Program-made: the position numbers and the translations under genes
The notes under the pieces: model-generated
The model's input: only the letters and a program-made list of their open reading frames with translations
What the model was told of the DNA's origin: nothing
Database searches by the model: none
Part shown: piece after piece, positions 25,384-38,509 of the stretch
How the letters are laid out: every line of letters starts with the position of its first letter
How positions within the stretch are numbered: position 1 is the first letter of the stretch
DNA from: Massalongia carnosa
Taxonomy: Eukaryota
Length of the DNA stretch: 64,000 nt
Direction of reading: 5' to 3'
Assembly: GCA_965645245.1 (NCBI GenBank)
Contig: OZ287072.1
Coordinates: 1,426,001-1,490,000 of the forward strand

Positions 25384-26703
25384 TCATTCCTCCTCCCCGG
25401 CAAAAAGCCCCCAATCCCCCACCCTCAGACTCCTCAACGCCTCTTCCCGAACCCTTGCCCCCTCCCTCACCAAGCGCCCATACCTGCCCTCTCCGAAATT
25501 GATTTGTTCCCCGTCCTCCTCTATACCTTCTTCGCGGACCACATTTCCCTGCGTATCGAGCGCGCTACCCATCATGATATCATGGCCAGGCTCGTGGTTT
25601 CCGTTCGGAAGCTGCTGGTTAGGCGGGAGGGTTCCTTGGTATTGGTGTTGGGGTTGGCCTTGGTGCAGGGGGACGTTGACTGTGATGAGGAGATCGGTGG
25701 TGTGGGCGGGGAGGCGGATGAGGGAGACGAGGAGAGCGGTGGTGTGCTGTTGGGGTTGGGGGGAGGGGGTGGTGGTTGTGGCTAGGAGGGTCAAGAGGGG
25801 GGTTTGGGGACTGTTTTGAGTGGTTAACTTTCTTTTTTGAGTTGGAGAGGGGGGGCTGAAAAGGAAGGAGGGGAAGAAAGAGGACTAATGGGAAACGGGA
25901 TGTTGGAAATCTGACATATCTCATCCCCCCTTCGAGTCCACCCTTCTGTGACAAGAAACAGCAATTCAAAAACACCGGCTTATCCTATGAGGAGCTTCGA
26001 GCTTGAAGTAAAGAAGTCGAGGTTTCAAAAAAGAGACATAGAAAATAGAACATAAAAATAAGAAACCCAAGAAGAAACTCACGGAAACCCCTCTTCCTCC
26101 CCCACAACCCCCTCCTCAACCTCCCACACCCTTCCCTCATCCCCTTCGCTAATCACATCCTCAAAATGAAACAGCAGCGCAGCCCGATCTGCCGCCAACG
26201 ACGGTTGCTCGTGAGCCGGCCTAAGGCGCGCCATTGCAGCGGCAGCGGCGGCGGTAGTAATTGTGGAAGAGGTGGATGTGGAGGTTTCGTCAACATCGAC
26301 GCGTTGGGTGATCTCAAGGATTAGAGAGGTGAGGCCGGTGCGGTAGAGGTAGATTTCTTGGTGGGATGGGACGGGGCGGAGGAGGCTTTAAAGGAGAAGA
26401 GGGGTTTTTAGCCTGTTGATTTTGGGGTATCGGAAGGGGGATAGTAGGGTGGAGATGAAGAAGAGGCAGAAGCAGAAGAGTGACGATTAAAGAAGAAATG
26501 TTGAGATCAAATCGAAGAGAAAATACCAATAAACCTCTATCTCTCTCTTTTTTTTTTTACCCCCCCCCCAACCTCCCTCTCCATCCGTATCCCCTATTAT
26601 ATGAAGACAAAACAAACCTAACATCGTCAAACTCCTCCGGTACATTCATCGTCATCGCCCCACCGAAAAGCTCCACGCGCTTGAATGCCATTGTCGTCGT
26701 CAT
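25384..26703 (-). CDS. MOG1: Ran-binding Mog1/PsbP-like protein, 3 exons
   Basis: ELFGGAMTMNVPEEFDDVS|LLRPVPSHQEIYL..GLTSLILEITQRV, LIRLP..TDLLITVNVP, LRVGDWGLF; two long introns. Start could be the second ATG four codons downstream. Confidence 0.85.
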
Positions 26704-27789
26704 CGGCTTTATCTTTTTCTTGCTTTTTCTTTTGGGGAACTTTGAGAGGATGGAGGGGTTTGAGATAGATGATGAAGAAAAGAAGGGAGAGAGAAGCAAA
26801 CTGCGGATAAAGGGTGAGGAGCGAAAGGTATGTGTGCGTGAATTAAAAAATCTATGGGCTTTTTGATGGTTAGGGCAAACCCGGGAGAGGCAGTTACTTA
26901 GGGTTGACTTTTATAGGATGGAACTAGGATGAAAAATGGAGGGGGTGGTTAGGTAACGTTAGGCAGTCAGTTAGGTAGGCACGTAGGCAGGATTTCGGAC
27001 ATATAGGCATCCATCAAAGCAGCAGTTAGCTAACGAACGAAATGACTCGACCGGTTTCATGAATATCACAACAAACGCAATATATGTACGAGTATTCACG
27101 GTGTTTTCTAGCGCTCACATAGTAATCTACTCTCTCGTCTAGTCGGGTCCTACTCTCCATATGTCCCTCGTAATCCATCCACTCTCACGGAGCGTTGGAA
27201 ATAGTTCGGATAGTATGTAATGAGTGGATAATTGGGTTGACTATTGATGCTCAGTTGATTGCTATGCGCCGAAATGCATCACACTTTTAATAGCTCCTCG
27301 ATTCCATAAATGAACCGCAGCTGGGCTATCCTCACTTGCGTGCGATACAACTTCAAGCATGCAAAGTCCAGGGAATTGTATCTCGCTCTCTACAACTTCA
27401 CAATCTTGATGGCGCTCTATTCTGCCTCAGGGACCCCTGCTGCAATCCCCTCATCTTAGCGTAATAGGCGTTGCAAGATGGTTTGAAAAAACATCATATT
27501 GGAATTAATGCCATGTTACGGGAGAACTCGCTGGCATCATTCCAAGGCGTAAAGCCCTGGAGACTGTCGAGAACTCGTTAGCGCGGATATGTCCTATGCG
27601 CTCATCCCAAGAAAGTCATGTAGATGTCTAATGAAGCGCTCTTACTCACATCCTGAAGTCGGGTGGTTGCTTTACTCTTCATCCTATGGCGTTATAAACC
27701 ACCTACCCGCTATCTACTTTGCACCTTGGCTCTTACTGTTGCAACCCATGTTCTATTCAGTTTCGATTGCGGATAGATGAATAGGCGGA

Positions 27790-29727
27790 TTACAGAGCTT
27801 GCCGGTGGAAGGCAACAGAGGGTGCTGAGGTTACCGGCAGCCCGGAAATCGTAGCGGTTGGCGCTGATACCGCAGCTGCCGTGATTGTTGTTGGATCGTT
27901 GCATCCAAACCACCCCCAGTGGTGACAAGTTGCCGTTGTTCGACTTGTCGAAGTGCTAGGTACAGGGTCGGTCTTCGTAGGATCGTTACATCCAAACCAT
28001 CCCCAGTTGTTACATGTACTAGTCGTCAGGCTTGTCGATGTACTGATTGGTGACGAGCTCAATGTCATTGACGTCGTAACGCTTTCATCCAAGCAACCTG
28101 GTTCATTTAATTAAAACGTTTTGCATGCAAGGATCGAGAAACATACCCCACCAGCCAGGCGTTTTGCAGATAGATGTCCTTGTCATCGATGTTGTTGTGG
28201 AGCTTGGTGGAGATTTGGTGGTGGTGGTGGTGGTGGATCCATTACCCCAGAAAAACTTCCAATCAAAACAGTCGATGCATTCATCGTCAGGTTTGCACGG
28301 TGGAACGGTTTCATAAGACTCAAGAACGTCCGATATGACATTAATAATTTGGTGCGTGCGGATGCCGACTCGCCATCCCTTGTCTTCCACCGTGTCATAT
28401 ACACACCTAAACCCAGCATGACATTGGGACTGAAACGCATAGCCACCGAGCGTGCAAGAAGCAGTGACGCCATTACATGTTCCCATGTATACTGGATCCG
28501 CCGTGTGCCCAAAGTGATAAGTGCCAGTGTACTGCCTGGTCTGAGGAGCTCCTGGGACAGACCTAGGAGGTATAGGAAGACCCAAACGGGCTGCTGGCAA
28601 TGCGTCACCTGGCGCTTGAAATGTAACAGTTGGCAACCCAAATGTCATACCCAGTAGACTGCTTATTGAACCACCAAGCGAATGGCCAGTTAGCCATATA
28701 TTTGAATTAGGATATAATTCGGTTACATTGCTATAAAGATTGATGGCGGCTCGATAGTAGCGGTTCTCATCTGTGAGCGCCTCTACTAGGCATGTCTGAT
28801 TGCAGGTAAAAGTTTTTGTTCGGCAGCTGCACACTTGCTTCCAAAGAAAGTTCCCTTGTTCCGCACAGCAACAGCTGAAGAACAGATTATCATTAATCTT
28901 ATCATTTGTTGTAGTTCCAGCGCCGTCAAATACTGCTGTGGGTATATGAGCATGCCTTTGTTCTTAAGCAGAACTAGCGCTAAAAGCTTACCTGCAGAAG
29001 TACCTTTCAGTCCAATGATGATAGTGGAATTGTGCTTGTCAGCATATATGTGACCCCTCAGACCATCGCTTTCCCAACCAAAACTCTGCGAATAATTAAA
29101 ACCTCCCTTGACATCTTGCCACTCTCCCGTGAACGGTTCCTGAGTATATGCATCTAAAGTCATCTTTGCAAGAGAGAGGATAGTTTCCTTGTCTGTGACA
29201 TTTGGGCCCAGCGTCTCTTCGACAGCCCAAGCATTGATATCTAGACTTTCGGCTTGGCCTCGTTGCCGAGCGGCAGCGAGCAACGGCTCGACCGCGGAGA
29301 CTCGTCTATCGACAAGGCGCTGTATCAACTCAGGCCTGGACCGAGCATGGAATGAAGGGGAGTTTTGTAGCTCTCCGCCATGACCATCACTTGTCCAGAT
29401 ATCCATTCCTTGTTGGATGTCAAGCCTCCTATGCAAAGTGGGCTCTTGGTATGTTCCATGGTGAAAGATGTGGCGAAGAGACTATACAACTATAAGCCAA
29501 GATCGTAGAGATTTTCTAGACGGATGTTGACTTACAAAATCATGATCTGCGGACTTGACCGTGCCAGGCGAGGATTCAGGAAAGGGCAAAGCAGGTAATA
29601 GGATTGGAAATTGGGGCTGCAAGTTCTCATTCGTTAATTTTATTGAAGCTGTCACGAAAATGGCAGGTAGCAGCAAACATAGCAAAGAGGACACCAAGCA
29701 GGGAAAAGGCTGGATATAGAGAAGCAT
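27790..29727 (-). CDS. ATG15: Autophagy lipase Atg15, 4 exons
   Basis: [37 protein letters not shown], lipase [15 protein letters not shown]-rich tail with three C-x(3)-GW(W/F)GC motifs. Confidence 0.93.
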
Positions 29728-30379
29728 TTTGTACTCTAATATGGCTTTTTGCCATCATGAAACAGAGAAGATAGTGTTGCTTTCATAAATGATTGATTAC
29801 ATTTAGGTATTATTGATGCCTCATGTCATAGGGCGAATCATACCAGCCAATCATAAACAGAGGTGGCAACTCACACGGCTAGGTAAGGAGCCAAGGCTAA
29901 TGTTCTCCAACCTCCCAGCGATTTAATCACATTCTTGTACATGAAGTATGCTACCACCAAGACGGTGTAAATTTCATCAGTTGAAGATTGGTCCAGATGC
30001 CTTGAAATATCATCTTCTTTCACCCCTCAGCGTACAAAAGTATCCCAACCTATTTTTTCAAGATCCTCCAGGACCCATACATTGTCCTCGGACGTTACGC
30101 CTACTATCTTACCTTGCTCATGGTGCTTAAATGCTCAAGCACATTGTCTATAGATGCTCAAGAGCGCAGGATAGTTAAAGTTCAAATCAATCAACCTAAG
30201 TATTTTGGGATTCGTACTCTTGGAGAATGCTGGTTCAACGTCTCACTAACTAGCCGCAACATAGAGAACCAAGTTCGTCTACGATAGTTACGGCTGCCTG
30301 AAATGGGTTGACCAGGGTTGATGTCCGGTTATGTCCGCCACATAAAGTCTCAAAAAGCCCCTTGGCAGATGTATGTCCA

Positions 30380-30877
30380 TCAGGTACTTTTAGTCCCTTC
30401 AACATCCATAGGACTTGGCTGCTCCTGATGTCCTGTTATCTCTGATGGCACCCTGGTTCCATTGTCCGTTCTCAAACCCACGGCAGCTTCAGCTTCCTTT
30501 TGACTATAAGGTTCCTCAAGCAGTGACCGTAATCTATTACGTATCAGCTTGAGACAGGGATTGAACCAGGTAGCTGTGGCTTAGGTCGGTAGTTGACCTT
30601 CTCTTATGGTTCTTCCCCCTTCTGTGTTGCACCAAGCTATTCTCTCCCTCAAACCACTTCGCGCATTCAATGCAGTACCATTGCCCTAAGCCTGGTAAAT
30701 CCTCGGCGGGCTTGATTGCTTTGCGCTGAGCAAGCTGTTTAGGCGAGCGAAGGTCTGCATATATTTGGTCCAGGTCTCTGAATAATCATACAAATTAGTA
30801 GCTGCCTGGTAAGTCCACGTGCGCTGTAATTGGTACCTTGTCCGTCGCTTTGTCTTGATCCGACGTATCGATCCCAT
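30380..30877 (-). CDS. BUD20: C2H2 zinc-finger ribosome-biogenesis factor Bud20/ZNF593, 3 exons
   Basis: MGSIRRIKTKRRTR|DLDQIYADL..EDLPGLGQWYCIECAKWF..HRRGKNHKR|RLRSLLEEPYSQKEAEAAVGL; TGA at 30380-30382. Confidence 0.92.
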
Positions 30878-31639
30878 ATTTGCAAATTACCAAAAGAGTT
30901 TTTTTGGAGTTGTTTGTGTGGAATTAGGAAATTTAAATTTGGGCAATATATGAATCCCTTCGGTGCCACAATGTCTTGGTGGAGGGATTCAGTGCCCCAA
31001 CAGAAGCTAAAGAAGGGTTCGGTACCATCAACTCAATTGCTCCCGCGGGCTGTGGCTTTCATCTGCAGCAGAACCTTGGGTTACCAGTCGTGCCAGTGAC
31101 TCTTCCAATAAACAAAAACCAGGAGTCGGAGAATAGCTATCGAGCGTCGTAATTAACAAGAGTGCGAGGCAATTGATCCCCCGCTACTTCAACTTCGGGA
31201 AAATGCTTACTTCTCTCTGCGAAATGGATTTTTCTGCAAGCAATCTGATTGGTGACCAAAGCTTTAATCGCTCACGCTGGCAGCTCGTGCAGCTCCTACA
31301 TACCTAGTTGTAGTTATGACCCACAGGTCCGATGGAACTTTCATTGACAGTAGTTGACAACCAACATTGCTACATGCAACCAAGTGATTCACCGATTCCA
31401 TCTCGCCAAAACTAAGAGGTAGAAACGCTTCTTGCGGTGTGGGTTTTGTAAGTCACCCGATCTTCGAGGCAGTCTCCAAGATACATACATAACATCTAGC
31501 AAGTTGCTCCTCGGCATCTTCCCCGCCAACCATCCCCCATCTCCCATTTCTCAATTCTTACTCCCATGAGACCACTTCACCTCTGATCGCAGTGTGAGCA
31601 GGTCACCTCAAGTGCCTCGGATAGTCAAAGTAATTCAAA

Positions 31640-34535
31640 ATGATCTCGACGAGGCATTTCGCCCGAATGGGCAAGCTGGTAAGCTATTCTGCTCCCCATC
31701 AATTGCTCCGTCCTGTTTTCTGCAACTCATCGCATTAGCTTTGATCATTGACTAAAATTTTCCATTTAGATACCTAATCCTCGAGTCGTGAGTATCCTCG
31801 TCCTTTGCCCCTTACTAGACGACAGTACATGAGGGCACCCTCCTAAAGACGGCGTTATGCTCACCTTACCTCGTAGCTCTCACGGACTAGGGGTTTGGCG
31901 ACAGTCACTGATGATCCTTTGGATAAAAAAGTGGAAATGACAAACTGGGAGAAGGTATAATAACAACTCCCTTTTTAAGGCCGCCTGAAATATAAGACCA
32001 CTAATGAAGTTTATAGGGCCATTACATTAACTACAAGTATGTTTCTGCCCCCGCCGCCAGGCTTGTTCCAAACGCCCCCTTCGGAAGGTCTATGTCATTT
32101 CTCTTTCAACTCCAGTGCAATACTCATCCCGCTTAATCTACTAGGAAAATGTCCGAAAATCTTGCAATTGTACGATCACGTCTCAACCGGCCTATGACTT
32201 ACGCTGAGAAGATTCTCTATTCCCACCTTGATGATCCGCATGGACAAGAGATTGAAAGAGGGAAGTCATACCTGAAGCTGAGGCCGGATCGGGTCGCTTG
32301 TCAAGATGCTACAGCGCAGATGGCTATCTTACAGTTCATGTCTGCTGGCATGCCGTCTGTAGCGACGCCTACCACGGTACATTGCGATCATCTTATCGAG
32401 GCTCAAACTGGAGGAGAGAAGGATCTTGCAAGGGCCCAAGAGATCAACAAAGAAGTTTATGATTTCTTGTCCTCCTCCTGTGCAAAGTATAATATTGGGT
32501 TTTGGCGCCCAGGCTCAGGGATTATACATCAGATTGTGCTTGAAAATTATGCTTTTCCCGGAGGTCTTATGATTGGTACTGATTCACACACTCCCAATGC
32601 CGGTGGTCTTGGAATGTGTGCTATCGGCGTTGGTGGCGCGGATGCAGTGGATGTCATGGCGAATTTGCCCTGGGAACTGAAGGCTCCGAAGGTGATTGGT
32701 GTTAGACTTACCGGAAAGCTCTCTGGGTGGACTGCGCCAAAAGGTATGGAAATTCAGATATCTCGAGCCTTGAAATACTAACTATGCTTTTCAGATGTCA
32801 TTCTTAAGGTTGCCGGCATCTTGACAGTAAAAGGTGGAACCGGAGCAATTGTTGAATATCATGGTCCCGGTGTAGATGCATTGTCTTCCACAGGGATGGG
32901 AACGATTTGCAACATGGGCGCTGAGATCGGTGCAACTACTTCTGTGTTCCCCTTTAATGACAGCATGTATAATTACCTTGCTGCCACGAAGCGCAAGCAT
33001 ATCGGTGATTTTGCTCGAACATACGCTGCTGAGTTAAGAGAAGACGAAGGTGCGGAATATGATGAGTTAATCGAGCTTAATCTCTCGGAGCTTGAGCCGC
33101 ACATCAACGGACCCTTCACACCGGATCTTGCTACTCCTATCTCAAAATTTAAAGAAGCTGTTGCGGCGAATAAATGGCCAGAGGAGTTGAAGGTGGGCCT
33201 GATTGGTTCATGTACAAATTCTTCCTATGAAGACATGTCTCGCGCTGCATCCATTGCTCGCGACGCGCTTGATCATGGCATCAAGGCCAAGTCAATGTTT
33301 ACTGTTACGCCAGGATCGGAGCAAATCCGCGCCACCATCGAACGGGATGGGCAGCTCAAAACTCTCGAGGATTTTGGTGGCATGGTGTTGGCTAACGCAT
33401 GTGGTCCTTGCATTGGGCAATGGGATCGACGAGATGTGAAAAAGGGCGAAGCGAACTCTATCCTCTCTTCATATAACCGGAATTTCACTGGACGTAACGA
33501 CGCAAATCCCGCCACACATTCATTCGTTACATCACCGGACCTAGTTGTCGCGCTTACGCTTGCCGGAACACTCAACTTCAACCCTCTTACCGATCCATTG
33601 AAGGACAAAGATGGCAATGACTTTATGCTTTCTCCTCCCACCGGAGATGGTCTTCCCGCCAATGGCTATGATCCAGGCCGAGATACCTACCAGGCACCTC
33701 CAGAAGATAGGTCCGTGGTATCTGTGGCAGTCTCCCCGACCAGTGATCGGCTGCAGATTCTCGCAGGATTCAAAAATTGGGATGGGAAAGATGCTACTGA
33801 TATCCCTATATTAATTAAGACTAAGGGAAAGACTACAACAGACCACATCTCTAGTGAGCGTTTATACCTAATCACGGATTCATGGCTGACAGTTTGTAGT
33901 GGCCGGCCCATGGCTAAAATACCGCGGTCATCTTGATAATATTTCTAATAACATGCTAATCGGTGCAATCAATGCCGCAAATGGGGAAGCTAACAAAGTC
34001 AAGAATCTCGTTACCGGCGAATTCGACGCTGTGCCTGCCACGGCGCGCGACTACAAAAAGCGAGGGATCCAATGGGTTGTCGTAGGCGACTGGAACTACG
34101 GTGAGGGTAGCTCAAGAGAACATGCCGCCCTTGAGCCTAGACATCTTGGAGGCCTCGCAATTATTACTCGGAGTTTTGCACGCATTGTAAGTCCTTCCCT
34201 ATTCTTCAACGGGTTTTGTTTGGATTGACTGCCAGCTTCGACGCTTGCTAATCCCCATCTCCTTGTAGCATGAGACGAACTTGAAGAAACAAGGCATGCT
34301 TCCCCTAACCTTCATCGATCCTGCCGACTATGACAAGATCAATCCAGATGACAGGGTCGACCTCCTCTGCACACAGCTTGCGGTGGGCAAACCTATCACG
34401 TTGCGAGTTCATCCGAAAGATGGAGCTACTTGGGAGGCGCAGCTCGGGCACACATTCAACGAAGCGCAGATTGAATGGTTCAAGGATGGCAGCGCGCTGA
34501 ACACCATGGCTAAGCATGCCAAGCATGTCGCGTAG
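31640..34535 (+). CDS. ACO1: Mitochondrial aconitate hydratase, 8 exons
   Basis: Arg-rich presequence over short 5' exons; [55 protein letters not shown]. Confidence 0.97.
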
Positions 34536-35314
34536 AGCGAGAAGCCCCGGAAGAAGAGGTTCTGAAGGCAGAGCCCAAGTGTTGGCGGTACCTAGTGATT
34601 TGCTACGAACCATTCGCGATGGGTGGGTCGAATATGAGGTGGAAGGACGCAGTAAAAATAAAATTAGCAGAGAGCAAGAAGGTCTGTGTGAGATTTTTGT
34701 TTTGGAACAGCCTAGGGAATGTCGAGTTGTTTCTCTACGGGGTTTGAGAAGAGAAGCGAAGCTGTATGTAGGTATGTGACATGTCCTGTGTTTTCTATCT
34801 TCTCAATGAAGCAGAGTGATTTTCCGATCCGCCGTCTGCCAGCTCCTGTTATGAACGGTTTGGAGTTTATATCGACTAGTTCGCTTTAAATGGCGTATAT
34901 ATCCCGAGTTTCGGTTTTTCTGAGTTCATTCTCGATTCCATGAGAAGTTAATTAACTAATTGATCATTCCACCATGCCAGCGACCAAACAGCTGTTTCAG
35001 TAACCATTGCACATTTCACTCCACTCTAGTTTAATATATTAGTTGTCTGTTGGGGCCCAAAGGAGTTGTTGATGAGTCATAGGCAAGAGAAATTTGAAGG
35101 ATTGAATAATTGATTTCTAATCGTCCGTGATTCCCTACTTTCCTATGTTGGTTTCTCTCAAAATCCATTATTCTACATATCAAGGCTGGGTTTCTTGATT
35201 TAAATTGAATCTTTTACTTCACTTTTCTAAATTTCTTTTTAAATACCTTTGCTGCCACGAACCAAGCATTTCCACCCAATGTCAAGCCGTCTCGTTGTCT
35301 CCCTCAACTCAAAA

Positions 35315-36039
35315 ATGAACGCCCTCAAGCAAATCGTCTTGATCAGCGGCGCCAATCAAGGCATCGGCTACGAGATTGCTAAAAAGCTCGCTACCGAGAA
35401 CCCCACCTACCACATCCTATTGGGCACGCGTACGCTCGCCAACGGCGAAGCCGCCCGCGCCACTCTTCCTGACCTTTCTATCGAAACCCTCGAGCTTGAT
35501 ATCACGAGCGACGCCTCCATCTCGCGCGCCTACGACGCCATCTCCACCAGGCACGGCCGCCTCGACGTCCTGATCAACAACGCCGGAATCGCCTTCTTCG
35601 TCCCGCCAGCTAGCATGTCGCTCCGCGAGCAATACACGTAAACGCTCGCCACTAATGCCCACGAGCGTCGCGTGCCTGACCGAGGCCTTTCCTCCCGCTG
35701 CTCCGCCGCTCGGAAAATCCACGCGTTATCTCCATGAGCTCGGGCCTTGGTAGCATCGCGTCGACGCTGGACCCGAGCAACGGTGCCTACGGCACCGATG
35801 CGCCCGTCTATAAGACCTTCAAGGCTGCCATGAACATGATCGCCGCCCACTACGCCGTCAAGTTGCGCGCCGACGGTGTCAAGGTCAACGTGTGCTGTCC
35901 CGGCCCCAACGCCACGAGCATGAGCGGTGGGAGGGGCAATCACCCGAGCGTGGGCGCCATTATTGCGTGCCGACTCCCAACCGCGGGCAAGGATGGCGAA
36001 ACGGGCACGTACACGAACAAGGATAAGACCTTTCCGTGA
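35315..36039 (+). pseudogene. Short-chain dehydrogenase/reductase pseudogene
   Basis: SGANQGIG, LDVLINNAG, SSGLGS, YKTFK, KVNVCCPG; in-frame TAA at 35639-35641 plus single extra bases near 35660 and 35691. Confidence 0.8.
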
Positions 36040-36975
36040 TAGCCGCTTTTCTTCTCATTTCAGCGGTGGGGGATCGGAAACGATTTGGCTATCTCACGGC
36101 TGGCTAGCTAGCTCTATACGCTAGAAGAAAATCACCGAAGACACCTTTCTTTGCTCGTTCATACTCTACGGAATATAAAATAGGCTTATCGATCATGTAT
36201 GGAGCCGCCTTGACACCCCTACATTCTTCCTACGTACCCCCTTCACCTTGATTTTAGTCCCATTTCAATTCCAACATCCACCCATTCATTCCGAAGAACC
36301 CCCCCCGCCCCACCAAAAAAAAATCAAAATTCAACGCAAGTGAATAGATGAAGGTCTTTCCTTCAAATGTCATCCATCCCTCTCCTTTAAGCAGCGAGAG
36401 AGAGAAAGAGAACGAGACATAAGTGTGGAACTAAAGGGATTGTCCATAGGTATAGTATGGCGCGGTGCGGTGCTCTTAAAATGGACCCCTCTTCGAACTC
36501 GGAGACGGGGTTTGTGTATTGGAAAGGAAAGGGGAGGAAGGGAAGGAAATAGATGCCCCTGAGGCCCGTTTCGTATGCGGGATTGTCTGCTTGCTGGACG
36601 GGTGGGTTGGTATATTTCTTGGTTGGCCTTTGGATGGATGGGAGTATTGCATATCTATGTCCAAAGAGATATAAGCATTCACATGTATGCTGGGTGAAAG
36701 GGAGGTATTGCAAATTAATGTGGTGCTTTCCACTTGAGAGTATGTATGTATGTATCCTTTTAGCATGTTCTTGATACTGCTCGTATCTACGCATGGATGA
36801 ATGTGATAGATTCACGTTATACGAGTTTGATGCATGTCAAATAACCCTAGAAAGTCCCGAGATCGTCAGCGTTAAAACGCTCAACCCCCCTCCCTATGCT
36901 CACTTCTTCTATGCCCCAAATCCGTCAAGCTCCACAGCTCTTGCAGTCCACTCCAGCCCCGCAAGAACCAGAGCA

Positions 36976-37971
36976 TCAGAGCTCGCCACTTGCACGCCCG
37001 AGAGAAGCCGCACTCTCAGCCGCAAGCCCATTCAACCACGCCCCAAGCCTAAACCCCGCGTTCGCCACAAGCGTCTCCACAATCGGCACCGCCCCCTCGA
37101 AATACTCCCCTGACAGGTCCCGCCCCTCCACACCCTCCACATCATCCTTCAGCACATACGAGCAGACATAACCATTCGCCTCCGTTGCCCACGTCAGGGC
37201 GCACTTCTGCGCTGTCCGCACATTGGTGCAGCTCCCACTTCCACCGCCGCGACCGTTTTTCCGAAAAAGTGACTCTGCCCACACGGCCGCTTGGCGGTTT
37301 TCGTCATGGGGTTTGCCGCCGTTCATGAGTTCGAGGATGTCGGTATCCCAGATGGCGTGCAGATTGGTGTGTTTGCGGCGGAAGAGGACGTGGATGTCAT
37401 TGCCGCCGCGGTCTTCGTTTTCCGTGTGCAGCGGCTGATGGATGTCGCCGATGAAGTGCAGCAGAAACTTTAGGGCGGCAAGATTTTCGCTAGGAGTAAG
37501 GCTTGCGTCGATGGCGCGATCGGTCTGGAGTGGACCCATTGGCGATTAACTCGGTGAAGCTGGCAAGGAATTCATAGGGACAGGGCCGCAGATGGAGACG
37601 ATCCAAAGGCTTCTCATACGTACCATATTTATGATTGCGGATACCACGCATCCCTTGTCAACCATACAGTCGCGATTGTAGTTTACGTTGCACTGTCGCG
37701 GCGGATCGTCTTTCGAATCGATGTAATGCCATTCCGCCGTACCCGCGCCAATCGGCCTGTGTTTGATCTCGTCCGCCCAGAGCGAGGCGTCGGCGATATC
37801 TTCCCCATCCAAAAGACCGTTGACCCATAGGGAGCCTTCGTCCGTAAGGTACTTCTCCGCGAGGTAGGCAATGGTGCGGTGGCCGAGAGTGCCCCAGCTG
37901 GCGGTGATGTGGAGGAGGGAGAAGAAAGTTAGGAGGGTGAGGAGGGCTGATGGGAATCGGGCGATTGCCAT
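36976..37971 (-). CDS. Secreted S1/P1 zinc nuclease, 2 exons
   Basis: Signal peptide then WGTLGH, WADEIK, WHYID, HFIGDIHQPLH, GGN, LHAIWD, AGFRLGAWLN; the family's metal-ligand motifs are present. Confidence 0.93.
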
Positions 37972-38509
37972 GATTTCGGAAGGGGAGCTTATACAGCTAG
38001 AATTAGGGAAGGTAGGGGAAGGTGGGAACTGTTGGAGAGAGAAGTTTTTGTAGACAGCAGCTCATAGCGTCTTTAAACCCTCTCCACCAGAGCTCAAGCC
38101 ATGTGCCCATTCCATTGGCTGAGCAGCTTTGGAGCCTTGATGTGCCAAGCGGGGAATGATCATCAAAGGTGGTGCCATTCCCAGCCCTTGTAAGCTCAAA
38201 AGGTGAGAAAACATGGAAGGCTTCATATTGTGGCGTCGCCTTAGAAAAACCAAGCAAAACTAAGCAAAACCAGTCTACAATCCATGCGTTAGGAACTGAT
38301 TTTCAATCTAACCTAAAGCGTTAACTTGTAAATAACTCCTCGTATAAACAAATCCCTCCAATCACAAGCCAGCTCCTACTAAATTTTGACAACTGCTCAC
38401 CTTGCCTCAAACATCCTCCCGCCCCGCCCCGCCCCGCCCCGTTAACGATTACTTATCTCACCAATCCGTCCTGTCTCTCCACCTCCAGCAACCCCCACGA
38501 ACAAAATAA

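Noticed and set aside
27860..28170. Three C-x3-GW(W/F)GC repeats in a Thr-rich tail
   Set aside because: Usual C-terminal feature of Atg15 in filamentous ascomycetes.
29950..29963. CTACCACCAAGA, antisense to the LSU rRNA region targeted by U24
   Set aside because: No adjacent CTGA D box or proper C box; a 12-nt match can arise by chance.
35638..35665. 28-nt GTAAAC..ACTAAT..AG mini-intron that could remove the SDR stop
   Set aside because: Too short, GAG acceptor, and the second frameshift would remain.
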